DNA from: a virus
Lineage: Duplodnaviria > Caudoviricetes
Length of the DNA: 63,059 bases
Virus record (IMG/VR): IMGVR_UViG_3300025879_000020
Location: 1-63,059 of that record
Strand: one strand, 5' to 3'
Under the pieces are notes generated by a model. It searched no databases. It was given only the letters and a program-made list of their open reading frames with translations, and was not told the DNA's origin. The position numbers and the translations under genes are program-made. Shown here one piece after another: positions 17,728-26,828 of the stretch. The stretch's first letter is position 1. Each line of letters begins with the position of its first letter.

Positions 17728-19353
17728 TTATCCCTTATGTTGTTTCCAGAGGTCGGCATCCGCAGTCTTGCGAGTCTTACCGCCCACGATAAATGAATTT
17801 ACACGTGCCAAGCCCCACTGAGTAGGAGTAGTTCCTGGACGATGACCTGTACGCCATGCGGCAACACCACGGTCAAATACCTTCTTGAGGATACCGTATG
17901 AGATACCAGACTTTTCGGCTTTATTCTTTAACGCTTCATCAGTATCTTCGTTGAGCACGCCTTCGAAAGAGGACTCAAATTCTTCGTACGATAAAACCTT
18001 ATTCGGAGTTTTGAAGTTCTTCTTACGCATGATGGTTTTGTTAACCACTTCATACTCGCCATCTTTGTAGTTGATAGCAACAGGCAAGTTTAGGTCAGAA
18101 GCCAAGTCTTTGATAACGGCTTCGTCGTCAGCGTTTTGCTTGATGTTCTTACCCTTATTCTGGGCAATCTTCTTGAACAACTTCTGTAGCTCAGCAACCT
18201 TGATCTCAGGGCTGTTACGTTTATCGTTCATACGATCAACAAAGTGACGAGTAAACTCGACGTCGATATCGAACTTCTGAAGGAGACGGTCGCCGAACTT
18301 CTCTAGGTCGTCAATCTGCTTCTGCGATACTTCTTCGCCAAACATCTTCTTGTACTTCTTAGTGTACTCTGAAGGTTTAGTCTCAGCAGTTGCATCACCA
18401 GGAGCAGGTTTATAAGCATCCGGATCGTCGTCATCCATCTTCGCACCTTTCTCAAAGTGCGAATCGCGAGCCTTCTTAGTAGACTTCGCCTTGATGCCAG
18501 ACATATACTTCTTAGGCTGATCTGTATCTTTATCTTTGGCTTCTTCAATTACTTGAACGTCGGTAACCCACTTACGAGAGCGGATACCGTCAGCAGACTC
18601 AACGATAACATAGTTAGCGCCAAGCATAATAACCTGACCAACCTTATTATCATATTCTACTACGTCGCCTTCCGAAAGTAAATCCCCAGCAACATATGCT
18701 TCTCGTTCTTCAGAAACGGTTTCTAGTTCAACGTGCTGTCGAAATACATGGGACTCGGAAAGACCCATACCTTTACGAACCGCATTGAACAGTTCTTTTG
18801 CTTCTTTAAATCCAGAAGGCAATCCACGAACGAAAGTATCAAAGCTGTTTTCTGAAGCAGCAGCACGCATCTTAGATGCCGACATACCAGTTACGCCTTC
18901 GGCATCTGGATCACGCTCGCCAGCAGATACAACTGAAATCGATTCAAAATCGTAGAATCCATGACGACCATCAACGCCGTTGTACTTGGTTACGAGAGCT
19001 TCGAATTCTTTTACCCTATCAGAACCAACGACCATCGTTACTCGAGTAAACCCTTTATCGTGTAAAGAGGTCATAATGTCGAATACGTTACGAAGCTTCT
19101 TGTCTAGAATAATGTTGCGAGCAGCTTTAGGAAACATCTTCCGCATAAACTTGACTTTGGTTTGGTAGTCAAGTGGGTTCTTCTTAGAGTCCTGAGACTG
19201 AGAAGCATAGATAAAATACTTAGAAGAACCAGCAACCTTAATGACTGCGTCGATTAGCTTCTCGTGACCAACTGTTGGTGGATTGAATCGCCCGAAAGTA
19301 AATACTGCCTCTTCTGGAGCTTCGCTCACATATTGCTTAAACGACTTCATCAT
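17728..19353 (-). CDS. Cytidyltransferase-like (HIGH-family) multidomain protein
   Basis: FGRFNPPTVGH, VVGSDR, GMSASKMR; four more C-terminal modules; MKSFKQYVSE start. Confidence 0.8.
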   Translation of the reverse strand: MMKSFKQYVSEAPEEAVFTFGRFNPPTVGHEKLIDAVIKVAGSSKYFIYASQSQDSKKNPLDYQTKVKFMRKMFPKAARNIILDKKLRNVFDIMTSLHDKGFTRVTMVVGSDRVKEFEALVTKYNGVDGRHGFYDFESISVVSAGERDPDAEGVTGMSASKMRAAASENSFDTFVRGLPSGFKEAKELFNAVRKGMGLSESHVFRQHVELETVSEEREAYVAGDLLSEGDVVEYDNKVGQVIMLGANYVIVESADGIRSRKWVTDVQVIEEAKDKDTDQPKKYMSGIKAKSTKKARDSHFEKGAKMDDDDPDAYKPAPGDATAETKPSEYTKKYKKMFGEEVSQKQIDDLEKFGDRLLQKFDIDVEFTRHFVDRMNDKRNSPEIKVAELQKLFKKIAQNKGKNIKQNADDEAVIKDLASDLNLPVAINYKDGEYEVVNKTIMRKKNFKTPNKVLSYEEFESSFEGVLNEDTDEALKNKAEKSGISYGILKKVFDRGVAAWRTGHRPGTTPTQWGLARVNSFIVGGKTRKTADADLWKQHKG

Positions 19354-19805
19354 GATTCCTTATTCGCCATTCGTTCTTTTTCGTCAGCACGGACTTTCTT
19401 TATTAGCTTCTTAGATATCTTCTCGATAGCACCTTTCTTAGCAGCAACTCGTTTTTCGAGTTCTTTACGAGCAGAGAAGCCAAGTTCAGATTCGTCTTTA
19501 CCCTTCAAGAGTTTTTGCTTGATAACGTTAACTGCTTGTTTACGAGCACGTTTCTCGAGCTTCTCTTTAGAAGCCTTTTTGTTCATAGACTTCTTACGAG
19601 CAAGGGCAATCTTGTTCTTGTTTTTCTTCATGGCTTGCTTTAGCTTCATACGTGCTTGAGCGTCGAGAGCTTCGTCAACAGCAGAATCTTCAGTAGCGAT
19701 ACCGACCATATCTGAATGCTTACGCTTTTGTCTCATGTACTCTAGCCATTCATCATCCGCCATGCGTGGGTCAATCGCCACTACAAAATCTTTAAAGCTG
19801 TACAT
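19350..19805 (-). CDS. Lys/Arg-rich helical protein, probably head-internal
   Basis: MYSFKDF start; very basic after VDEA. Confidence 0.65.
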   Translation of the reverse strand: MYSFKDFVVAIDPRMADDEWLEYMRQKRKHSDMVGIATEDSAVDEALDAQARMKLKQAMKKNKNKIALARKKSMNKKASKEKLEKRARKQAVNVIKQKLLKGKDESELGFSARKELEKRVAAKKGAIEKISKKLIKKVRADEKERMANKES

Positions 19806-19808
19806 TTC

Positions 19809-21050
19809 TTATCCTCGAGAGGGGCTTTCCCAACCCTTAATTACTTCAGGGTCGAAGTTGTTTGTAGAAAATTCCATACGGTCAACCAATTTAACTGCCC
19901 CGCCTTCCATGCGGTCGATAGCTACAAACCCTTCGGCACCTGTTACCTTAAACCCTGTCTTGGTTTTAACGAAAGTGTTAATACCACTAAGGTCGTTTAA
20001 CTTATTTATAACGATTTTCTTAGCACGCTGAATAGCCAGCTGAAGTTCAAACATAGCGACCAGAGAAGCTTTATTCTTAGGGGAAAAGAAAGCAAGGAGA
20101 GCGTCACGCTTTTCGTATTGTGCTTGCTTACCCTTATCCGTCTTACGCTTATCCGCTTCTTTTTGAAACTTGTCTTGGATAAACTTGATCAACCCTTCTG
20201 CGTGCTTCTTGGTATTAGTTATCTCAGTCTTAGCACGAACGAACGAGTTGTTGTACGTCTCGATCATCTTAGGTAGTTCGGGTTCTTTTTCTAACTGTCG
20301 TAACGTATCGCCAGAAATCTTACGGAAAGTCTTACCTGCGAAAGATAGCTCTGTGTTAAGGGCATCGGTCTCTTTCTTGGTCAACGTAGCCTTACCCGAT
20401 AAGTCGTGGTAATCCGCCGATTGAATCCAAGCGTCCGCTGGTATTTTGTACTTAGAAATGTCAACACCAAAAGAGGCTTTCATATCTTCAAACGAAGCGC
20501 CAGAATATGATGTATGGAATACAATACCAACTTTACATTTAGCAACGTGCTTACCAGATTCGGAGTTCTTAGGTAAAGCGTATACAATGGTGTTCGGGTG
20601 GAAAGTTACAAACTCTTCACCGTTAATTGTTTCTTTCTTAAGATCTTCTTTGGTGAACATAATGTCGCCTTGGATAACACCATTAGTGATACCCATTTGA
20701 GACATAGCATCAAACGAAGCCTTCATCTTACGAGCTAGATCGTTTTCCATTTCGGCATCGATCTCGGCATGAGATTTATACACCTTTGGATTCTTAGCAA
20801 AGATACCTTTCTTGGCTACGAAGAACTTTCCGTCTGTAGGGTCGATTCCGCCGAATACTGCTGGCGCACCGTCCCACTTAACTGTAATGTCCGTTGAAGA
20901 TTTTGCGTTACCCGATAACATGTCGCGAATAGAACGGAGAGCCATAATGGCGTCGCGACAACCTTTAACCCCACCGTAGATCACTTGATCTTCGATGTGA
21001 GTCATGTGGGTGTTTTTCTGTTCCGATAGGTATTGTTTAAAACTTAGCAT
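19809..21050 (-). CDS. RNA-ligase-like covalent nucleotidyltransferase-fold protein
   Basis: VKWDG (motif I), QGD, EGFV (IV), VKLV (V); MLSFKQYLSE start. Confidence 0.6.
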   Translation of the reverse strand: MLSFKQYLSEQKNTHMTHIEDQVIYGGVKGCRDAIMALRSIRDMLSGNAKSSTDITVKWDGAPAVFGGIDPTDGKFFVAKKGIFAKNPKVYKSHAEIDAEMENDLARKMKASFDAMSQMGITNGVIQGDIMFTKEDLKKETINGEEFVTFHPNTIVYALPKNSESGKHVAKCKVGIVFHTSYSGASFEDMKASFGVDISKYKIPADAWIQSADYHDLSGKATLTKKETDALNTELSFAGKTFRKISGDTLRQLEKEPELPKMIETYNNSFVRAKTEITNTKKHAEGLIKFIQDKFQKEADKRKTDKGKQAQYEKRDALLAFFSPKNKASLVAMFELQLAIQRAKKIVINKLNDLSGINTFVKTKTGFKVTGAEGFVAIDRMEGGAVKLVDRMEFSTNNFDPEVIKGWESPSRG

Positions 21051-22396
21051 TATGATACCTTACAATGAACAGACGAGAATTCATTTTTCTTAAGAGAGGA
21101 GAAGTAGCAGTCCTTGAGTATGGAAACGTCCGATGACAATAAAATGTCCAGATAGTATGTTAGGAATGCACCACTCTTAAGAGCAATTTGGTCGTCTATG
21201 GGGAACTCGCCGACGTTGTCTTGAACGTTGGAGTTCTTGAGTAGGCGTGGTAGAGTTTTGTTTAGATACGCCATTGGGTCGGTAAAGATCTTACGCTTAT
21301 CAGCTTCAATATCAAAGCCATTTCCTTTTGCTAGTTCCGCAAATGCTTTAGCAGATACCGCACCAAGCTGTACGTTCGAACCCTTCTCGCGACCTTCTAG
21401 GTAGATACGAATCTTACCTTCGTCTGTCACAGAAGCAGCCTTATAACCTGTACGAATCTGGAATCCGGAAGGAGTTCCCTGCGTCATGAAGATGAAGTTC
21501 TTAGCAAATGGGTTGAATATAGTAGGAGCTGGAGCCAGATCGACTTCTGGCAACTCGGTTGCCTTCACAACTTCAAACTTACCACTTTTTCCTTTAGATA
21601 CTTTCTTAAGGGATACGCCAACAATTTCCTTCGAGTCAAACTTAGCTTCGAGGTATGCATTAAACTCAGCCAGAGTCTTCATACCTTTACAGTCAGAGAT
21701 AATCTTAGTCTTGCTGATATTCATAATCCAGATATCGGCAGGGTTCCAGTTATCTTTAAGGTCTTTGAGACCGAGCTTACGTGCGATGTTAATTAGGATA
21801 TTAGAGTCGTTAGATCCGGAGTCAAGGTAAATCTTAGCTCCTTTCATAGAACCCATATTAGAATGGAATGCTTTGTATTGCTCTTGGAACGAGTAGTACC
21901 AGTTCTCGTCAAACTTGTAACCAACCTTCTTAGAAATATCTTCTACCGACATCGGCTTACCCTTCATAGCCGATTCAAAGTATAGGATAGTTCCCATCTC
22001 TTGCTGATCGGTTGACGGGATAGTAACCTCTTCGCCAACTTTAGGTAGTCGACCTGAGCCACGCATACCACCAGAAGGGTAAAGAATAACCTTCACTTTC
22101 TCAGTAGATTTGAAATTCTGACCTGAAGGCGTGAAGCCATACGCTGTCAAATACGGAGATGAAGCAACCTTCTTGATCAGTTGGCTATCAGTAACCTTAA
22201 TTGTTAGTTGTTTGTCTGCTTTCTTGAAGTCGTACTTTGGTTCGATGTAAAAGAACTCGGAATCGTTCTTGTAGTGTTTCTGTAGCAACTGAAAGAACGT
22301 GTAAATCTCTTTGTTCATACCTGTCTTAGAAGGTAGATGTTCGAAGCCGAACCATAGCTTCGTTGCCTCAGAGAGAAACTCCTTGAATGAGTGCAT
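21050..22396 (-). CDS. Putative PD-(D/E)xK-type nuclease
   Basis: QQE, WNPADIW, GVSLKK; MHSFKEFLSE start. Confidence 0.55.
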   Translation of the reverse strand: MHSFKEFLSEATKLWFGFEHLPSKTGMNKEIYTFFQLLQKHYKNDSEFFYIEPKYDFKKADKQLTIKVTDSQLIKKVASSPYLTAYGFTPSGQNFKSTEKVKVILYPSGGMRGSGRLPKVGEEVTIPSTDQQEMGTILYFESAMKGKPMSVEDISKKVGYKFDENWYYSFQEQYKAFHSNMGSMKGAKIYLDSGSNDSNILINIARKLGLKDLKDNWNPADIWIMNISKTKIISDCKGMKTLAEFNAYLEAKFDSKEIVGVSLKKVSKGKSGKFEVVKATELPEVDLAPAPTIFNPFAKNFIFMTQGTPSGFQIRTGYKAASVTDEGKIRIYLEGREKGSNVQLGAVSAKAFAELAKGNGFDIEADKRKIFTDPMAYLNKTLPRLLKNSNVQDNVGEFPIDDQIALKSGAFLTYYLDILLSSDVSILKDCYFSSLKKNEFSSVHCKVS

Positions 22397-22435
22397 GCGT
22401 CAGAATCCCATTTAATAAAACTTTATTGTTAACTA

Positions 22436-22443
22436 TATTTATA
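22436..22443 (-). promoter_or_regulatory. T4 late promoter at the head of the capsid-cargo cluster
   Basis: TATAAATA about 40 nt upstream of the 22396 start. Confidence 0.75.
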
Positions 22444-22480
22444 TAAAAGTAAAGCCCAAGATAGGGCTTTATGGGGTTAT

Positions 22481-22624
22481 TTAGTAACGGTTTCTTTCGT
22501 GCTCCGCAATACATTGAATAACAAATTCCAATGTAGTGTTGGTCAAAGTTGCTATTTGCTGTAGAGAATAATCAGATTCGTATAATTCTTGTATTTCCAT
22601 AACGATATTTTTGACATTACCCAT
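22481..22624 (-). CDS. Small HTH-like protein (47 aa)
   Basis: Manual translation MGNVKNIVMEIQELY...SLQQIATLTNTTLEFV. Confidence 0.5.
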   Translation of the reverse strand: MGNVKNIVMEIQELYESDYSLQQIATLTNTTLEFVIQCIAEHERNRY

Positions 22625-22847
22625 CTTCTCGGATCTCCTTTGTTCCTGGCTTGATAACTTCTTTACCGTTTTCGTCGTAATACCGCTCGATAACCCCAGC
22701 TTGTTCTAGGCTCGAAAGACATATGTTCAAGACGTCGGAAACGTGTTCCCTACGAGAAAAATCTTCCCCGTCCGTAAACCCCCTCCGATACGAAAACCAA
22801 GCTGCTGCTCCAACAAGTGCAACCACTAGAACTTCAAATTCTGTCAT
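22617..22847 (-). CDS. Small membrane-anchored protein
   Basis: MTEFEVLVVALVGAAAWFSY; start trimmed using the AGGAG RBS. Confidence 0.6.
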   Translation of the reverse strand: MTEFEVLVVALVGAAAWFSYRRGFTDGEDFSRREHVSDVLNICLSSLEQAGVIERYYDENGKEVIKPGTKEIREDG

Positions 22848-23320
22848 TAACATTTCTCCTGTGCCCAAGGCTTGTGAGCCAAACCTTCTTTTTCTACCCA
22901 GCGTATGAACAAGCCAACCTCGCGACCATGGGCTTCGATTTCCCAAGGTTGATCCCAGTAGTCCAAACCGTCTTTGTAAAGTTCGCCGTTGTAACGACAA
23001 GCACGTTTAGTGGTTAGTTGGCGCATTTCGTCACGTGCGTACTGCTTAACGTGAACCATCTCGTGAGCCAAAGTTGTCATTGCTGTTTTAAGGTTTAAGC
23101 CACGATCTAACCGTATCATAAACTCGCGAGGACGGTAATCGTCATCTTCCCAGATACAATCGCCGTAGATACCCTCGTTCTTACGGAGATTAGAGACGTA
23201 CTGTACGGTGATACCCAGCCTACCTGCCATTCTTGGCATTAGCTTTTCTATGACAAAGTTTATCATAGAAACGCTGTAATCGGCTTTGGCTTTACCACAA
23301 TCTTTAACGTCAATATACAC
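22847..23320 (-). CDS. Zincin (SprT-like) metallopeptidase
   Basis: TLAHEMVHVKQ, PWEIEA. Confidence 0.8.
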   Translation of the reverse strand: MYIDVKDCGKAKADYSVSMINFVIEKLMPRMAGRLGITVQYVSNLRKNEGIYGDCIWEDDDYRPREFMIRLDRGLNLKTAMTTLAHEMVHVKQYARDEMRQLTTKRACRYNGELYKDGLDYWDQPWEIEAHGREVGLFIRWVEKEGLAHKPWAQEKC

Positions 23321-23357
23321 TATTTAGACTCCCAAGGGTTTCGCAATTCATACAGAT

Positions 23358-23386
23358 ATTATACTGGATACCGATAGAAAAGTAAA
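23358..23386 (-). promoter_or_regulatory. T4-type early promoter
   Basis: GGGGTTTACT-N17-TATAAT. Confidence 0.8.
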
Positions 23387-23415
23387 CCCCAAAAGACAAA
23401 AAAAATCCTCAATCA

Positions 23416-23455
23416 AATCAACGACTTAGGAAAGGGGAACGCTAAGTGGTTGATT
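23416..23455. repeat. Inverted repeat made of two IHF-consensus sites (second copy)
   Basis: AATCAACGACTTA-N14-TAAGTGGTTGATT. Confidence 0.65.
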
Positions 23456-23505
23456 CAATTGAGGAAAAGTAACTATAATATTTTCAAATAATAAAGGTAA
23501 GTTTA

Positions 23506-23520
23506 ATAGCTTTTTGCTAT
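23506..23520. promoter_or_regulatory. LysR-type box
   Basis: ATAG-N7-CTAT. Confidence 0.45.
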
Positions 23521-23521
23521 A

Positions 23522-23713
23522 TTAGAACTCAGCCGAGCGACGGAGTTGTACGCAGTATTTAGAGTCAAAATCTTCGGTACGTTCAATAAAGGCGTCAAGG
23601 ACAGCTTTAGAGTAAACAGTAAAACCCCTACCAGTCACAAGGTCTTTAACCCAGTACAACTTGCCAGTAGTCAAAACTTCGTTACGACGATCCATAATAT
23701 TCTCCCAAGTCAA
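23522..23713 (-). CDS. Hypothetical early protein
   Basis: ORF behind promoter 23725-23753. Confidence 0.6.
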   Translation of the reverse strand: MTWENIMDRRNEVLTTGKLYWVKDLVTGRGFTVYSKAVLDAFIERTEDFDSKYCVQLRRSAEF

Positions 23714-23724
23714 TTTCAGAGGGT

Positions 23725-23753
23725 ATTATACTATACCCCCAATCAAAAGTAAA
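23725..23753 (-). promoter_or_regulatory. T4-type early promoter
   Basis: GGGGTTTACT-N17-TATAAT. Confidence 0.8.
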
Positions 23754-23769
23754 CCCCTATTTTCTAAGT

Positions 23770-24378
23770 TTATTCCTCGTCCTCGAAGCTCTCTTCGAAG
23801 CACTCAACCAGCTCCTGCTGGTTTTTCTGCTGTAAGTCGCTGAGCCATTCGTAGAAGATATCCGAACAATTATCGTCAAATAGGACTTGCCCAATATCTT
23901 CAACTTCTTCCAAGTTGACATTAGCTTCAGCTAGTTCGGCAGCGTTATCTTCTAGGAACTTTTCGAACAACTCTTCTGGATCGTACTCAATATAGTCGTC
24001 AATGCCACCATCGTCAATGATGTTCACTCCGACGAAGTTATACGCCTCGTCTTCATACATCATCGTTGCGTATGTTCCTGGATACTTTTCGCAGAGCTTC
24101 TTAACAAGGGTTTCTACGAACGTGATCGGTGCTGACCAAGCTGACTCTGTGGTTAGATAATCGCCTTCAAGGTCTTCAATCGAACACCATTTAGCGCCAA
24201 TGTTATCAACGTACCAAGAACGAGTCTCAACTTCTTCCTCATCAGGTAGCTCGATACCAAGAGCCTCTAGAAGGACGTGGGCAGTTTCGCCGTTAATACC
24301 TTCGATGCCGTCAAAGGGGTTGAAGTCCTCAACGTTGGGGTTGTGAAATTGAGTGTTAGTCCAAACATGGTTAGCCAT
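23770..24378 (-). CDS. Acidic YubB/DUF1281-like ferredoxin-fold protein
   Basis: MANHVW, WYVDNIGAKW, ESAWSAP. Confidence 0.55.
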   Translation of the reverse strand: MANHVWTNTQFHNPNVEDFNPFDGIEGINGETAHVLLEALGIELPDEEEVETRSWYVDNIGAKWCSIEDLEGDYLTTESAWSAPITFVETLVKKLCEKYPGTYATMMYEDEAYNFVGVNIIDDGGIDDYIEYDPEELFEKFLEDNAAELAEANVNLEEVEDIGQVLFDDNCSDIFYEWLSDLQQKNQQELVECFEESFEDEE

Positions 24379-24408
24379 ATCATCATTCTCCAGATTAAGT
24401 TACAGCGT

Positions 24409-24437
24409 ATTATACTATACTTACCGCCAGAAGTAAA
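24409..24437 (-). promoter_or_regulatory. T4-type early promoter
   Basis: GGGGTTTACT-N17-TATAAT. Confidence 0.8.
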
Positions 24438-24440
24438 CCC

Positions 24441-25127
24441 CTAGTCCGAAATAAATTCGTCAACCAGAGGAAAGATTTTGGCGATTGCTTCGGCACATGC
24501 TCGTGCCACCTCAATGTGCTCCTTCTGAGTACCGTTGCCAGATCGAAGCTCAATAAAGTGAATCCAAGAGCGGATGCTACCTTGCATGTACAACCGTGAC
24601 TTGGTGTTACCTTCAGGCAGTACCGCACGAGCCTGTTCTTTGGCAATACCATTTGAGATAGCCCAGTTGTAAGCACCTTTGGCTGCTCGGATTACGTCTT
24701 GCTGTTTCTCGACCCACATCTTATTCGTTTCCCTAGCATCGGGATCCGTTAGGTCGATCTCAATCGAGTTCTGGCGGTTCTTCGTATCTTGAAGTCGAGC
24801 TTCACGGATAACGAACTGTTCTCCAAAGTCTGCTGGGTTAGCGTACCGTTGCGAGAACTCCTGGAAAGCAAACGAACGGTGGCGTAGCATTTGACGAGCA
24901 ATGTCTCGAGTCGTTTCGATTTCCATAGTAGCCGAAGCCATTTCGAACGGAGACCAATGCTTATGCTTTGCTAGGTAGTTTAGCAGCTTCGGTGCTGTTT
25001 CCGAGTTAATCTGATTAGAAGGGTTCGAGACTCGAGCGCAAAACGCAATCAAATCCTGAACATCTTGTAGACCAACAGATTCTTCGCCTGCGACTGGTTG
25101 TGTGTAGCCAATTAGATTTACTTTCAT
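24441..25127 (-). CDS. thyX: Flavin-dependent thymidylate synthase
   Basis: HWSPFE, RHRSFAFQEFSQRY, EQARAVLP. Confidence 0.95.
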   Translation of the reverse strand: MKVNLIGYTQPVAGEESVGLQDVQDLIAFCARVSNPSNQINSETAPKLLNYLAKHKHWSPFEMASATMEIETTRDIARQMLRHRSFAFQEFSQRYANPADFGEQFVIREARLQDTKNRQNSIEIDLTDPDARETNKMWVEKQQDVIRAAKGAYNWAISNGIAKEQARAVLPEGNTKSRLYMQGSIRSWIHFIELRSGNGTQKEHIEVARACAEAIAKIFPLVDEFISD

Positions 25128-25129
25128 TA

Positions 25130-26524
25130 CTATACCTTAAACCCTGAGAAGTCACGCTTCTCGTTATTGCCAAATGTGTTTAACGGTTTATCTGGAACCG
25201 ATCCTCCAGTAGTGGGTGTACTCTGGATTAGGGTTTGAGCAGATTCCTCAACATCATACAACTTCATCCTAGAACGATCTACTCCAATCACGAATCGTTT
25301 ATGCATTCCTGGATCGTTGTAGCGGTTCTTTAACTGCTTAACCATAATCTGACCAAGGTTCTCTAACTCCTCAGTAGATATAAGAGCGAACATAAAGTCA
25401 GCCGTCGCTGGTAGACCGAACGACTCAGATGTATCTTCTAGACCAACGTCGGTGTTACCATAACCAGAACGAGTGGTCTGAGTAGCCGACATAATCGGAA
25501 CGTCTAGTTCAACAGCCAAGCCACGGATCTCTTCCGCAATCGACTTAACCAGTGAATATGTATTCACAGTACCGCCCATCTTCACACGTGATGATGCGCA
25601 GATGTTCAGGTAGTCGATAAAGATCATGTCTGGCTTGAAGTTCTTCTTCAGTTTCAGTTCATTAACCAACGCTCGGAAGTGGCCAACGTGCGCAGACGCA
25701 GTAGGATATTCCTTCACGATCAACTTACCTTGAGTCTTTTGAGCAATCTTACGAACCTTGCTTTCGAATGTTTGTAGGGGAAGATCCTCTAACTGGTCGA
25801 TAGGTAGGTTCATAAGGTTAGCGTCGATACGTTCTGCGATGCGTTCTTCTGCCATCTCCATAGTAATGTAAAGGACGTTACGACCTTCCATTAGCGAGTT
25901 CGCAGCACAGTGACACATAAACAAAGACTTACCAACGCCAGTACCAGCAAGAGCAATATTCAAAGTCTTACGTGGGAGACCACCTTTAGTAATCTTGTTG
26001 AAGTATTCGAGATCGAACGGTATGCGATCTTCTTCACGATGGTAGAAGTCGTAACGACTCTGGAATCCATCGATGTAGTCGTGACCAACGTTTCGGTCAA
26101 AGGAAACGCCAAGCGCAGACGATAAGATATCGGGTAATGCGTTCTTGGTCAGCTCCTTATGCTTTCCGTCGATAATGTTGATAGACTCCATGATCGCCAA
26201 GTGAATGGCTCGATCCTGGCACCACTTTTCAGTATTCTCCATCAACCAATCTTCGTTCACTTCTTGAGGAGTAAAGACCGACTCAAGTAAAGTAGATACT
26301 TCTGAGGCATCTACTCCACGAGGGTCGGATTGATCCAACTCAATTAGGAACGCTTCTTTAGTAGGTAGTGCGTTGTATTTGGCTACAAACGCACCAACCT
26401 GCTTAAAGAGAAAGGCATGCGATTCGGAGAAATACTCAGCCTTCAGAAATGGTATAACCTGTCGAACGAACTGCTCGTTGGTCAGTAGATTCCGAAGTAT
26501 CGTTGTTTCCAAATTCGCTTCCAC
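25130..26524 (-). CDS. 41: Replicative DNA helicase gp41
   Basis: AGTGVGKS, TMEM, IDYLNI, SATQTTR; start trimmed to GTG (VEANLE). Confidence 0.95.
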   Translation of the reverse strand: MEANLETTILRNLLTNEQFVRQVIPFLKAEYFSESHAFLFKQVGAFVAKYNALPTKEAFLIELDQSDPRGVDASEVSTLLESVFTPQEVNEDWLMENTEKWCQDRAIHLAIMESINIIDGKHKELTKNALPDILSSALGVSFDRNVGHDYIDGFQSRYDFYHREEDRIPFDLEYFNKITKGGLPRKTLNIALAGTGVGKSLFMCHCAANSLMEGRNVLYITMEMAEERIAERIDANLMNLPIDQLEDLPLQTFESKVRKIAQKTQGKLIVKEYPTASAHVGHFRALVNELKLKKNFKPDMIFIDYLNICASSRVKMGGTVNTYSLVKSIAEEIRGLAVELDVPIMSATQTTRSGYGNTDVGLEDTSESFGLPATADFMFALISTEELENLGQIMVKQLKNRYNDPGMHKRFVIGVDRSRMKLYDVEESAQTLIQSTPTTGGSVPDKPLNTFGNNEKRDFSGFKV

Positions 26525-26828
26525 TCTTTTTGTTCTCCAAAATAGAATCAATAATAATATTAGTAAGAATGTCGCCAAGGTTCTTCTGGAACTCAGTAGA
26601 CTCGTCTAACATTTCTTGGGTAAACGCTTCGGTGAAGTCGTGTACATGATAGTCGAACGTTAGAGTTGCGTTACCGCCTTCTCCTTCTTCAATCTCTTTA
26701 ACAGAGACTTGTCCATAAGAAAACTCCACGCCAGCATACTTACCTTTGGTGATTCGAATCGCCCAATGATCTTTAAGATCGTCACGCTCAACCAAATCAT
26801 AACCCGTATCAGGCAACTCCATCAGCAA
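26436..26828 (-). CDS. gp40-like head vertex assembly chaperone (tentative)
   Basis: Lies between uvsX and 41 as in T4; similar size. Confidence 0.5.
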   Translation of the reverse strand: MLMELPDTGYDLVERDDLKDHWAIRITKGKYAGVEFSYGQVSVKEIEEGEGGNATLTFDYHVHDFTEAFTQEMLDESTEFQKNLGDILTNIIIDSILENKKSGSEFGNNDTSESTDQRAVRSTGYTISEG

